From contig CAYYYS010000003.1 in the NCBI GenBank assembly GCA_964476155.1, positions 52,489-116,488 on the forward strand: 64,000 bases of DNA, in the 5' to 3' direction. A program made the position numbers and the translations under genes. Source of the stretch: an uncultured Fibrobacteraceae bacterium. GTDB taxonomy: Bacteria; Krumholzibacteriota; Krumholzibacteriia; LZORAL124-64-63. The notes beneath the pieces were generated by a model. It was not told the DNA's origin, did not search any database, and worked only from the letters and a program-made list of their open reading frames with translations. How positions within the stretch are numbered: position 1 is the stretch's first letter; each line of letters begins with the position of its first letter. Positions 54,341-64,000 of the stretch are shown in pieces.

Positions 54341-54950
54341 AACACTCAGGCTGGGCGATGAGCCATCCCTGCATGTGCGGGTTGACGAGCAGCCCGTCCT
54401 TGGCACCCCGCGCCTCGGTGAGTCGAGCGGCCAGAGCGGCCGGATCCGACGTACCGGGAACGAAGACCAGACGCCAGACGACTCCCGAAAGCAGTGGTCC
54501 GCTCTCCCCCAGGGGGAAGGCGCAGACATCCATCACTGCGGCGCCCAGCGCGGGCGTGCCGCCCAACAGACGATGATATGGGCCGCCGTCGCCGACGGGA
54601 AGATCCGTCGCGACGAGTTCACCGGGCCAATCGGATGGCAGCGAGCCTCCCCGCGGATTCGCGGTGTACCAGGCCTCGCCGGCCGACTCACGCCTGAAAT
54701 GGGCGTGGTGATGCTTGTTGGGGTTGAAGAAACGTCCGACACCCAACAGGCGCGCCACAGATTCCGGCGCCGTATCGTCTTCGTCCTGCCAGAACGTGTG
54801 AAACTCCGCACGAAAAAGGCCCGCGAGGGCCTCGCCGCCAGCCAACCGGAGACGCATGACGCGCTCGGCGGTCTCGGCGTGCAGGTCCACGCCCTTGTGG
54901 CAGGTCATCAAGGTAACCTGAATGATCATCCTTCGCCTCCAGGAAGGCAA
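54315..54950 (-). CDS. hypothetical protein downstream of purLQ (possibly PurS-like N-terminus)
   Basis: A 211-aa ORF on the same strand, 39 nt after the purLQ stop. Its N-terminus MIIQVTLMTCHKGVDLH could be a PurS-like ferredoxin fold, but I cannot confirm this. Its 3' end overlaps one arm of the inverted-repeat element. Confidence 0.35.
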   Translation of the reverse strand: MPSWRRRMIIQVTLMTCHKGVDLHAETAERVMRLRLAGGEALAGLFRAEFHTFWQDEDDTAPESVARLLGVGRFFNPNKHHHAHFRRESAGEAWYTANPRGGSLPSDWPGELVATDLPVGDGGPYHRLLGGTPALGAAVMDVCAFPLGESGPLLSGVVWRLVFVPGTSDPAALAARLTEARGAKDGLLVNPHMQGWLIAQPECFVEPRTAG

Positions 54951-54988
54951 GTCCCGAGCCGGACTGATCTCCCGGCAAGGTCCTGCCG

Positions 54989-57900
54989 TCAGCAGAGTTC
55001 CACAAGCCTGCGCAACAAGGACATGCCCGGACCGTCACCACGCAGGGCGGCGCCGTCGCCGACCGATTCGCGGCGTCGGACACCCCAAAAATGGTTCAGA
55101 TCCTCCGGAACCTGGAAGAGCCAGGCCGCGCGTTCGGGATGGGGCATCATGGCCAGGACATTGCCGGCCGGATTGGTCAGGGCCGCCGTCGCCAGCAGCG
55201 AACCGTTGGGATTGCCGGGCCCGCTACCGCTATCGTCCGCGCCCGCATAACGATAGGCCAGCAGGCCTTCGTCCGCGAAGGTCGCGAATTCTGCCGGATC
55301 GGCATGGGTGAAGCGGCCCTCGGCGTGGGCGATGGGCACCGGCAAGGTCGTCGGCAGCCCTTCCAGGAAACGGCAATTCGTGCCGGGGACCTTCTCGAGT
55401 ACCACCCAACGCGAGTAGTAGCCACGCCGTCCGGGGTGGCGATTGGGCGCCAGGGCCACTTCCAGGCGTCCCGGTGTACGACCGGGGACCAGCCCGGCTT
55501 CCACCAGCACCTGGCAGCCGTTGCAGATACCCAGAATGGGCTTGCCCAGCCCGGCGGTGCCCAGTAGCGCCTCGATCAAGGGATCCTTGGCCGCCACGGC
55601 ACCCGCGCGCACGCGGTCCTGATAGGAAAAACCGCCCGGCACGAGGAACCCGTCGAAGTCGGCGAGATCCGCGGCCGACCGGGTCCAGCGGAAGATCTCC
55701 GGTGTGGCGCCGGCGGCCGCCACTGCGCGGGCCGATTCGTCCTCGCAGTTCAGGCCCGGCATCTGCAGCACGGCCACGCGCGGTCCCGCGCCGCTCAATG
55801 GCGTAACGCGGTAAGGCGCTTCATCGGCCACATCCATGATGGGAGGACGGCGATCGGCGGGATCGGGCAGATCACTGGTGGCCATCAGGCGGGTCAAGCC
55901 CTCGCTCCAGGACAGGGCCAGTTCGTCCAGAGCCGTGTCACAAACGATCTCGCCGGACAGGTCTCTCAGTGTCAGGCTCGGGGTTTCACTCACCCGGCCC
56001 AGCAGGCCCCAGCGCACGCTCTTGTCCGACAGCACGCTCTCGACGCGATCATGGTCGGTGTCGGCGACCTCGATCACGAACCCCCCGCGCTCGTTGTATA
56101 GGAATTCACGCGGCGTCAGGGCCGCGCATGCGGTGGGGATGGCCAGATCGGCGCCCAGGATTTTTTGGTCCGCCAGGCCCAGGGCCATTTCGGCCAGGCA
56201 GACGGCCAGGCCACCGTCGCTCACGTCGTGGGCGGCCTTGACCAACCCGGTCTCCACCAGGGTACAGACCGCGTCGATTCCGGCGCGGGCTTCGTCCAGG
56301 TCCAGGCCCGGCAAACGCTCGTTGCCCACCGCCACGTCCGCCGAACGCGCCAAAGACGCGCCCATGCCGTCGTCGGGCAGGCCGACGAGGTAGAGACGAT
56401 CGCCCGGAGTCTTGAAATGCAGGCTGCGGCAGTGTGACACGTCCGCCACGTTGCCCACGCAGGCCACGATCGGCGACGGCGCCACCGAGTTGCCGGCGGC
56501 GCTCTGATTGTAGAAGGATACGTTCCCGGACACGACCGGCAGGGGTTCGCCGCCCTTGGCGTGCAGGGTGACGGCGCGACAGGCGTCGCCCACGCCACGC
56601 ACGGCCTCGCGGAACTGGCGGAAGACCTCGGGCACCTCGGGATTACCGAAGTTGAGGCAGTCGGTCACGCAGGCGGGGCGTCCTCCCACACAGGCCACGT
56701 TGCGCGCCGCTTCGACCACCGCGCGCGCGCCGGCCTGGTAGGAATCGGCCAGGCCGAAGAGCGGATTGCCGTCGGCACTCAGGGCCACCCCCAGATCGCT
56801 GCCGGGAACGGGGGCCACAACGCCCGCGTCGGCCTCGCCGGGACGCAACACGGTACAGCCCCGCACTTCCGGATCGTAATGGCGATAGAGATGCTCGCGC
56901 GAGGCCACGTTCACGTGCCCCATGAGGCGTGTCCACTCGTCGGCGATTTCGGTCGCCGGGCCTTCGTCGGCCTTGGGTCCTTCGGCAACGGGCGCGGGCG
57001 CGGGCGCTTCCTCGCGGGTGTAGCTCACGCCGCAGGTCACGGTCTCGACAGGCGATTCGCTCAGGATGCGGTCGCCGTGGCGCAGGCGATAGACACCATC
57101 GGTGGTGACGACCCCGATCTTGCTGGCGCAGGCGCCTTCGTAAAGGGTCGGCAGGGCGAATTCCTCGTTGTAGACGCGCAGGACCTCGTCGGTGAAACGG
57201 GCCGGCACGGCCAGGCAGTAGCGCTCCTGGGTTTCGGAGCAGGCCACGACACGCGCGGGCACGTCGTCGTCGGCCGTGTGCACTTGTGCCAGGTCGACAT
57301 CGCAGCCGAAGCCGCCGGCGTCGGCCAGTTCGCTGGTGACGCAACTCACGCCGCCGGCGCCCAGGTCCTTGAACCCCACCACCAAGCCGGCTTCGCGGGC
57401 CAAGCGCAGCACCTCGCGGTTGGCCACGGTCAGCACACGCTTGAGGAAGGGATCGGGCACCTGCACGCTGCCCTTGTTCTCGGTGGCGGCTTCGGCGTCG
57501 AGTGTGGCCGACGCGAACGCCGCGCCGCCCATGCCGCTCCAGTCGGTGGGCTTGCCCACGAGCACCAGGTCGTAGGGTTCGTCCTTGGCCTCCGGCGGCA
57601 CCGCCGAGTGGGTGATGTGGTCGGCGGGCACCAGGCCCATGGCCACCACGTTGACCAGGCAGTTGTCGTCGAAGCTGGGATGGAAGTAGGCGTCGCCGCC
57701 CAGGCAGGGCACGCCCAGGGCGTTGCCGTATTCCCAGATGCCGGTCACGACCTGACGCGCGATGTCCAGGCTGTGCGCGGCGCCGTCCCCGTGGGGCCAG
57801 CCGAAGCGCAGGGGGTCGAGCGTGCCGATGACCTCGCCGCCCATGCAGTACACGTCGCGCACGATGCCGCCGATGCCCGTGGCCGCGCCCTCGACGGGCA

Positions 57901-58254
57901 TGACCTGACTGGGATGGTTGTGGCTCTCGTGAGCGATGATCACGCCATAGCGCACGCCGTCGACCGTTCCGAAATCCACGATGCCCGCGTCCTCCACCGG
58001 TCCGACGATCACATTGCTGCCGGTCGTCGGCAGGAACTCTTTTAATGTGGGTCGACTGCTCTTGTACGAGCAGTGCTCGCTCCACATGGTGTCGAAGAGG
58101 GTGAGCTCGGTCAGCGTCGGCGGGCGTGCGAGGAGGTCCTGGACCCGGCGCGCCTCGGTGGGCGACAGGGTCAGGGCGTGGGTCTTGAGCGTGGCGCGAA
58201 GGGCGTCGTCACCCAGGGCCGCGGCGTCCAGGGTGTCAAAGGAAGGATCGTGGG

Positions 58255-58258
<4 letters not shown>
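54989..58258 (-). CDS. purL: phosphoribosylformylglycinamidine synthase, PurL-PurQ fusion
   Basis: A small-PurL-type N-terminus (MWSEHCSYKSS) with two AIRS-like domains is fused in-frame to a class I glutamine amidotransferase domain (LGICNGCQVL, HPER). 1089 aa. Confidence 0.85.
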
Positions 58259-59559
<1,301 letters not shown>

Positions 59560-59724
59560 AATAGACCTCGCATCTCGGGCACGAGTGAGTTAATTGCCAT
59601 GTTTTTCAATGTCTTGCAGCCCTTCCCGTCAGAGGTGACGGAGGACGATCCGGTCCGCTTGGTCAGGATCGATTGGAACATAAACCAGTAAAATGGTGAA
59701 GGAAAGGCCCATTCGCGATTTCGC

Positions 59725-60954
59725 CTATTCCACCGGTGCCCGGCGCCGCGGATCCTCCTCCAAGACAATGGTCCCCGAGAACTGCTCGCCCTCGCGATAG
59801 GCGATGTACTCGAGCTGGGTCCCCACCTTGGCTTCGTAAACCAGTCGATTGAAGGTGTCGGCATCGTTCAGATCCACGCCGTTGATGGAGATGATAACGT
59901 CGTAGGGCATCAGCCCCGCCTTGGCCGCCGGCGACCCGTTGATCACGTCGCGCACCACGAAACCATCGGTGCTCGGCAGGTTCAGGGACTGGGCGATGAG
60001 CTCGTTGACTTCCACGATGCCGAAGCCCACATACGCCCGCCGGAAGTAGCCGTACTCGCGGACCTCGCGGATGATCCACTGACCACGCGCGATGGGCACC
60101 GCGAAGCCCAGGCCGATGCTGCCGCCGCTCTCGGTGAAGATGAAGGTGTTGATGCCGATGACCTCGCCCCCGCTGTTGATCAGCGGACCGCCGCTGTTGC
60201 CGGGGTTGATGGCCGCGTCGGTCTGGATCATGCCCAGGAAGGTCTGCCCCTCGCTGCTGGTGTTCTTGATGTCGCGATTGAGGGCGCTGATCACGCCGAT
60301 GGTTACCGTGGGTTGGGTGTCGGCCAGCAGATACCCGAACGGCGAGCCGATGGCGATGGCCCACTCCCCGATGTACAGATCCGCCTCGCCGTCGGCCAAC
60401 GGCGCCACGGGCAGATCCGCGGGCGGGTCGAGCAGTTTGATCAGGGCCAGATCCCAGGTGGGCACCATCTCCAGCACGATGGCCCCGTATTGACGTCCGT
60501 CGTTCAGGGCGACGACCAGTTCGTCGGCGTTCTCCACCACGTGCACGTTGGTCAGGATGAAACCGTCGTCGGACACGACCACGCCCGAGCCCAGGTTCGC
60601 CACGTCCTCGCGAAAGGTCCGCCGGTGAAACATGCCCGGATAGAACCGCTCGAAGTACTCCCAACCGCGCGGCACCAGGGCGCGCGTGACGGTCCGGTGC
60701 TGGATGGCGTTGATGCTGACCACCGCCGGGGATATCCGTTCGGTGGCGCGGACGATGGCGTTGCGTCGGCCCATGCTCACGGCCTCGTCCGTACCGGCTT
60801 CCACGATTTCCCGTACGACGACGGTATCGCGCTCTCCACCACCGCCGGTCAGGGGCCGCGGCGCCGAACGCCAGCCGATGATGTAGGCGGCGCCCAGCAA
60901 CAGGCCGAGAAGCGCGCCGATGACGATACCGGTCCAGATGGGAGCTGTCTTCAT
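59725..60954 (-). CDS. HtrA/DegP-family serine protease with PDZ domain
   Basis: An N-terminal TM helix, the catalytic His (LTNVHVV), Asp, and Ser in GNSGGPL, followed by a C-terminal PDZ domain (GFVVRDVINGSPAAKAGL). Confidence 0.85.
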   Translation of the reverse strand: MKTAPIWTGIVIGALLGLLLGAAYIIGWRSAPRPLTGGGGERDTVVVREIVEAGTDEAVSMGRRNAIVRATERISPAVVSINAIQHRTVTRALVPRGWEYFERFYPGMFHRRTFREDVANLGSGVVVSDDGFILTNVHVVENADELVVALNDGRQYGAIVLEMVPTWDLALIKLLDPPADLPVAPLADGEADLYIGEWAIAIGSPFGYLLADTQPTVTIGVISALNRDIKNTSSEGQTFLGMIQTDAAINPGNSGGPLINSGGEVIGINTFIFTESGGSIGLGFAVPIARGQWIIREVREYGYFRRAYVGFGIVEVNELIAQSLNLPSTDGFVVRDVINGSPAAKAGLMPYDVIISINGVDLNDADTFNRLVYEAKVGTQLEYIAYREGEQFSGTIVLEEDPRRRAPVE

Positions 60955-61014
60955 GGGGGTCCTCCGGAGTCGACGGAAACGGGCCGCCCGACGCGGCCCA
61001 TCTCCCTTAAACGA

Positions 61015-61662
61015 CTATCCTTGCAGCTTGTTCCAGTCGGCGAGGAAAGCGTCCATGCCCTTGTCCGTCAGCGGATGGGCCAACAACTGCTTGATGACCT
61101 TGTGCGGGATGGTCGCGACGTCCGCGCCCAGCAGGGCCGACAGGCGCACGTGTTCCGGATGCCGGATGCTGGCCACGATGACCTCTGTGGCGAACTCGTA
61201 GTTCTCGTAGATCTCCACGATGTCCTCGATGAGCTGCAGACCGTCCTGGCTGATGTCGTCGAGACGACCCACGAAGGGTGAGATGTAGGCGGCGCCCGCC
61301 TTGGCCATCAGCAAAGCCTGGTTCGCGGAAAAACAGAGCGTGGCGTTAACGGGAATGCCCTCGTCGCTTAGGGCGCGCGTGGCTTTCAGGCCGTCCAGGG
61401 TGGTGGGGATCTTCACCACGATATGCTCGCTGATCCCGGCCAGCCGCTTGCCCTCCTCGATCATGCCGGCAGTATCCAGGGCCACCACTTCGCCGCTGAC
61501 CGGTCCTTCGACGATGTCGCAGATCTCCTTGAGCAGGGCGTCGGTGTCCTTGCGCCCGGCCTTGGCCATCAGGCTGGGGTTGGTCGTTACACCGTCGAGC
61601 ACACCCATGGCCTTGGCGTCACGGATCTCGTCCAGGTCGGCTGTATCGATGAAAAACTTCAT
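61015..61662 (-). CDS. fsa: fructose-6-phosphate aldolase / transaldolase (Fsa/TalC family)
   Basis: [13 protein letters not shown], the Schiff-base Lys region (VVKIPTT) and a 215-aa length. Confidence 0.85.
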   Translation of the reverse strand: MKFFIDTADLDEIRDAKAMGVLDGVTTNPSLMAKAGRKDTDALLKEICDIVEGPVSGEVVALDTAGMIEEGKRLAGISEHIVVKIPTTLDGLKATRALSDEGIPVNATLCFSANQALLMAKAGAAYISPFVGRLDDISQDGLQLIEDIVEIYENYEFATEVIVASIRHPEHVRLSALLGADVATIPHKVIKQLLAHPLTDKGMDAFLADWNKLQG

Positions 61663-61675
61663 GGGGTCTCCTCTT

Positions 61676-62479
61676 TCAGGGGGTCTTCTCGGAAGTCTGG
61701 TCCGGGATATCGCCCGGAACGGTATAGGCCGGATCGTCGAATGCCGGGTCGTAACCCACCTCGGCCATGTACAGCCCGTGGGCCGGCGCCATGGCGCCGG
61801 CGGCTCGCCTGTCGCGAGTCGCCAGAATGGCGGTCATTTCCTCGGGAGCGCGTTGTCCGCGTCCCACTTCCTCCAGGGTGCCGACCAGGATCCTGACCAT
61901 GTGATGCAGGAAGCGATCGGCCCGCATGTCGAGGGTAGCCGAGTCGTCGGCCCAGGCAAAGCGGCAATACTCCACGCAACAGCGGTTGTTCTCCTTGATC
62001 GACGACGTCTTGCAAAAGCTGGCAAAGTCCTTCTCGCCGACCACGAGGGCGGCGGCGGCGTCCATGGCGGCGCGGTCGAGCACCCGGTTCGGCTGCCATT
62101 CAAGGGTGCGACGGAAGATGTCCGGGCGGAACCCCAGGCGGTATTCATAGCGGCGCCAGCGCGCCGAGAAGCGCGCGTGAAAATCGGCCGACACCTCGCG
62201 CACGCCCCGGACCGCCATGTCCACGGGCACCATGCCCGCCAGGGCGCGGTCGATGCGCGCGATCTCGTCGGTGTTCAGATCGGACAGATGGGCCACCTGG
62301 CCCAGGGCGTGGACACCCGTGTCGGTACGGCCGGCGCCGGTAGGATTCGCGTCCCGGCCGAGTAGTCTCGACAACTGGCGCGCCAGTTCCCCCTGCACGG
62401 TGCGCAGCCCCGGCTGAATCTGCCAGCCGTGGAACGCGGCCCCGTCGTAGGCCAGGTCGATACGAACGGTTCGGGTCAT
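61676..62479 (-). CDS. truA: tRNA pseudouridine(38-40) synthase
   Basis: [18 protein letters not shown], the catalytic Asp in GRTDTGVHA and RYEYRL. The start is the Met at 62479. Confidence 0.85.
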   Translation of the reverse strand: MTRTVRIDLAYDGAAFHGWQIQPGLRTVQGELARQLSRLLGRDANPTGAGRTDTGVHALGQVAHLSDLNTDEIARIDRALAGMVPVDMAVRGVREVSADFHARFSARWRRYEYRLGFRPDIFRRTLEWQPNRVLDRAAMDAAAALVVGEKDFASFCKTSSIKENNRCCVEYCRFAWADDSATLDMRADRFLHHMVRILVGTLEEVGRGQRAPEEMTAILATRDRRAAGAMAPAHGLYMAEVGYDPAFDDPAYTVPGDIPDQTSEKTP

Positions 62480-63504
62480 GATGGCTCGCCCGCCACCAGG
62501 CGATCGGCGATCTGCACGGCGTTCAGGGCAGCACCCTTGCGCAGATTGTCGGCGACGACCCACAGCAGCAGCACGTCGTCGCGGCCGGCCTCGAGACGCA
62601 CGCGACCGACAAAGCAGTCGTCTTCGCCGCTGGCGCCGAGGGCGGTGCGATACCCGTGGGGCGAGTCGGCCACCTGCAGGCCGGGGAACCCGCTCATTAC
62701 TTCGAGAGCACGATCGCGATCCACGGGCTTCGCGAAGACGGCGCGGATGGCCGTCGAGTGCGCGTTCCAGACGGGGACCCGGGTGGCGATGCAGCTCACC
62801 GCCAGCTCGGGCAGAGCGAAGATCTTACGCATCTCGTCGACGACCTTGGCCTCCTCGGCGAAAGAGCCGTCATCCATCGGCGCGCCGATCTCGGGAATGG
62901 CGTTGAAGGCGATCTGACGCGGATAAACACCGCCGGTTACGTCTTCCTCCTGGCTCGGACCAGTCGTGCCGTGCAGACGGGGCAGGCACAAACGCAACTG
63001 CTCTTCGAGCGCGCTGCGGGCGATCCCGCCGGCCCCGGAAACGGACTGCAGCGTGGTGACGTGGCAGGCCTTCAGGCCGAAGGCCTCGTGCAGGGGCGCC
63101 AAGGCCATGGCCACCTGGATGGTCGAACAGTTGGGATTGGCGATGACCTGGGGGTTGTCCGGCAGGGTCGTCGCGTTGATCTCGGGGACGACCAGGGGCA
63201 CGGTGTCATCCATGCGAAAGGCCGTCGAATTGTCGACAACCCAGGCGCCGGCCGCGGTGAACCGCGCGGCCTGGTCGAGACTGGCCACGGCGCCGGCGCT
63301 GAACAGGGCCAATTCGACGCCGTCTATGGGCGTGTCGGCCGAGTGCACACAGGCCAGATCCTCGCCCCGGAACGGCAGGGGCTTGCCCTCCGAACGTTCG
63401 CTCACGAGCAACAGGGGCGGCTCGTCCACCCAGTCGCGTGTCTCCAGCAATTCCAGCATGACCCGGCTCACGAGTCCCGTGGCGCCGAGAATGGCGGTGC
63501 GCAT
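62476..63504 (-). CDS. asd: aspartate-semialdehyde dehydrogenase
   Basis: MRTAILGATGLVS (NAD-binding), the active-site NPNCSTI and SVSGAGG. It overlaps the truA start by 4 nt. Confidence 0.9.
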   Translation of the reverse strand: MRTAILGATGLVSRVMLELLETRDWVDEPPLLLVSERSEGKPLPFRGEDLACVHSADTPIDGVELALFSAGAVASLDQAARFTAAGAWVVDNSTAFRMDDTVPLVVPEINATTLPDNPQVIANPNCSTIQVAMALAPLHEAFGLKACHVTTLQSVSGAGGIARSALEEQLRLCLPRLHGTTGPSQEEDVTGGVYPRQIAFNAIPEIGAPMDDGSFAEEAKVVDEMRKIFALPELAVSCIATRVPVWNAHSTAIRAVFAKPVDRDRALEVMSGFPGLQVADSPHGYRTALGASGEDDCFVGRVRLEAGRDDVLLLWVVADNLRKGAALNAVQIADRLVAGEPS

Positions 63505-63663
63505 CGATGACCCTCGCCTTCTATTCGTGTGGGGACTGTTTCGTCGGGTAGTGTAACAACCGGTTGCTCCCGGGTCAAAGCAAGCCGACACGGGTCAAAG
63601 CCTGCGCGTGGACAGCCTGGATCGGTGATGCTAGGCTACTCTCCAAACCAAGGAGTGATTCCC

Positions 63664-64000
63664 ATGCGAGATACCGGTTGGATACGTGGCAACATCGTGG
63701 TTTACGCGACGCTCGTCCTGGCCCTCGGCGCCCTGTCGCTACCGGGCTGTCTGGTCCCCGAGGGCCGTGACGACGCCCTGTCGTCCCTGGCCCGCTGGGA
63801 GGACCGGCGACTGGCCGACACCGACTCGCTGATCGCCATGCTGACCGACGATGACGCCCACGTGCGACTGTCCGCCTTGCGCGCCGCGGGCCGGATCGGA
63901 CGCACCGACGTGGTTCGCGAAGTGATCGCGGGACTGGCTGACCCGAGCGACGCGGTCAAAACCGCCGCGGCCGAGGCCCTGGGCTACCTGGACGACGAGA
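63664..64000 (+). CDS. partial CDS (3' truncated): HEAT/PBS-lyase repeat lipoprotein
   Basis: An AAGGAG SD, a signal peptide with lipobox (LSLPGCL), then HEAT-like repeats (DDAHVRLSALRAAGRIG, DPSDAVKTAAAEALGYL). It runs off the window end. Confidence 0.5.
   Translation, partial: MRDTGWIRGNIVVYATLVLALGALSLPGCLVPEGRDDALSSLARWEDRRLADTDSLIAMLTDDDAHVRLSALRAAGRIGRTDVVREVIAGLADPSDAVKTAAAEALGYLDDE

Noticed and set aside
59560-59724. Possible purine or ZTP riboswitch upstream of purB (and likewise in the purF leader)
   Set aside because: The conserved purine-riboswitch junction sequences are not recognisable by eye, nor is the ZTP/pfl consensus. Only a short hairpin, CCGTCAGAGGTGACGG, is present.

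Overview
High-GC (~65%) bacterial chromosomal segment, densely coded, mostly housekeeping and respiratory genes. Several features hint at an FCB-group-like lineage (Rhodothermota, Gemmatimonadota or Bacteroidota-like), but this is a weak inference with no search behind it. Those features are a T9SS-type C-terminal sorting domain, a fused CcoN-CcoO cbb3 oxidase subunit, type-B sdhCAB and korAB. In order, the window contains: an ECF sigma/anti-sigma pair; a secreted agmatine-deiminase/PAD-family protein with a T9SS CTD; eno-ftsB; an initiator-type tRNA-Met with a terminator; an orphan acidic protein; a frameshifted SAM-methyltransferase; umuDC; apbE; korAB; an NSS transporter; a complete cbb3 oxidase operon (tauE-like, ccoI, ccoS, ccoNO, ccoQ, ccoP, ccoG and a truncated FixH-like ORF). 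Next comes a giant 1531-aa protein that fuses an AMP-forming acyl-CoA synthetase domain, an unknown ~750-aa middle region and a C-terminal GNAT. It is followed by ppx; sdhCAB; a molybdenum-cofactor cluster (moeA, moaC-mogA fusion, mini-MobA, MOSC, mobB-moaA fusion); a lipoprotein/small-membrane-protein pair; an Rrf2 regulator plus polyferredoxin, divergent from System II cytochrome c biogenesis genes resB/ccsA; a FadL-like OMP plus GDSL lipase lipoprotein; a rhomboid protease; a GT2; RNase E/G with its associated radical SAM protein; purF, a purL-purQ fusion and purB; htrA; fsa; truA; asd; and a partial HEAT-repeat lipoprotein. No CRISPR array, transposase or phage genes are visible. The most unusual items are the tri-domain ACS-X-GNAT protein and a 150-nt element with 28-bp near-perfect terminal inverted repeats in the purF leader. 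Also notable are a tRNA-Met-adjacent block carrying umuDC and a frameshifted methyltransferase, and the degenerate-looking MobA and FixH ORFs. Many long R/P/G-rich ORFs in alternative frames and on antisense strands are high-GC artifacts and were ignored.
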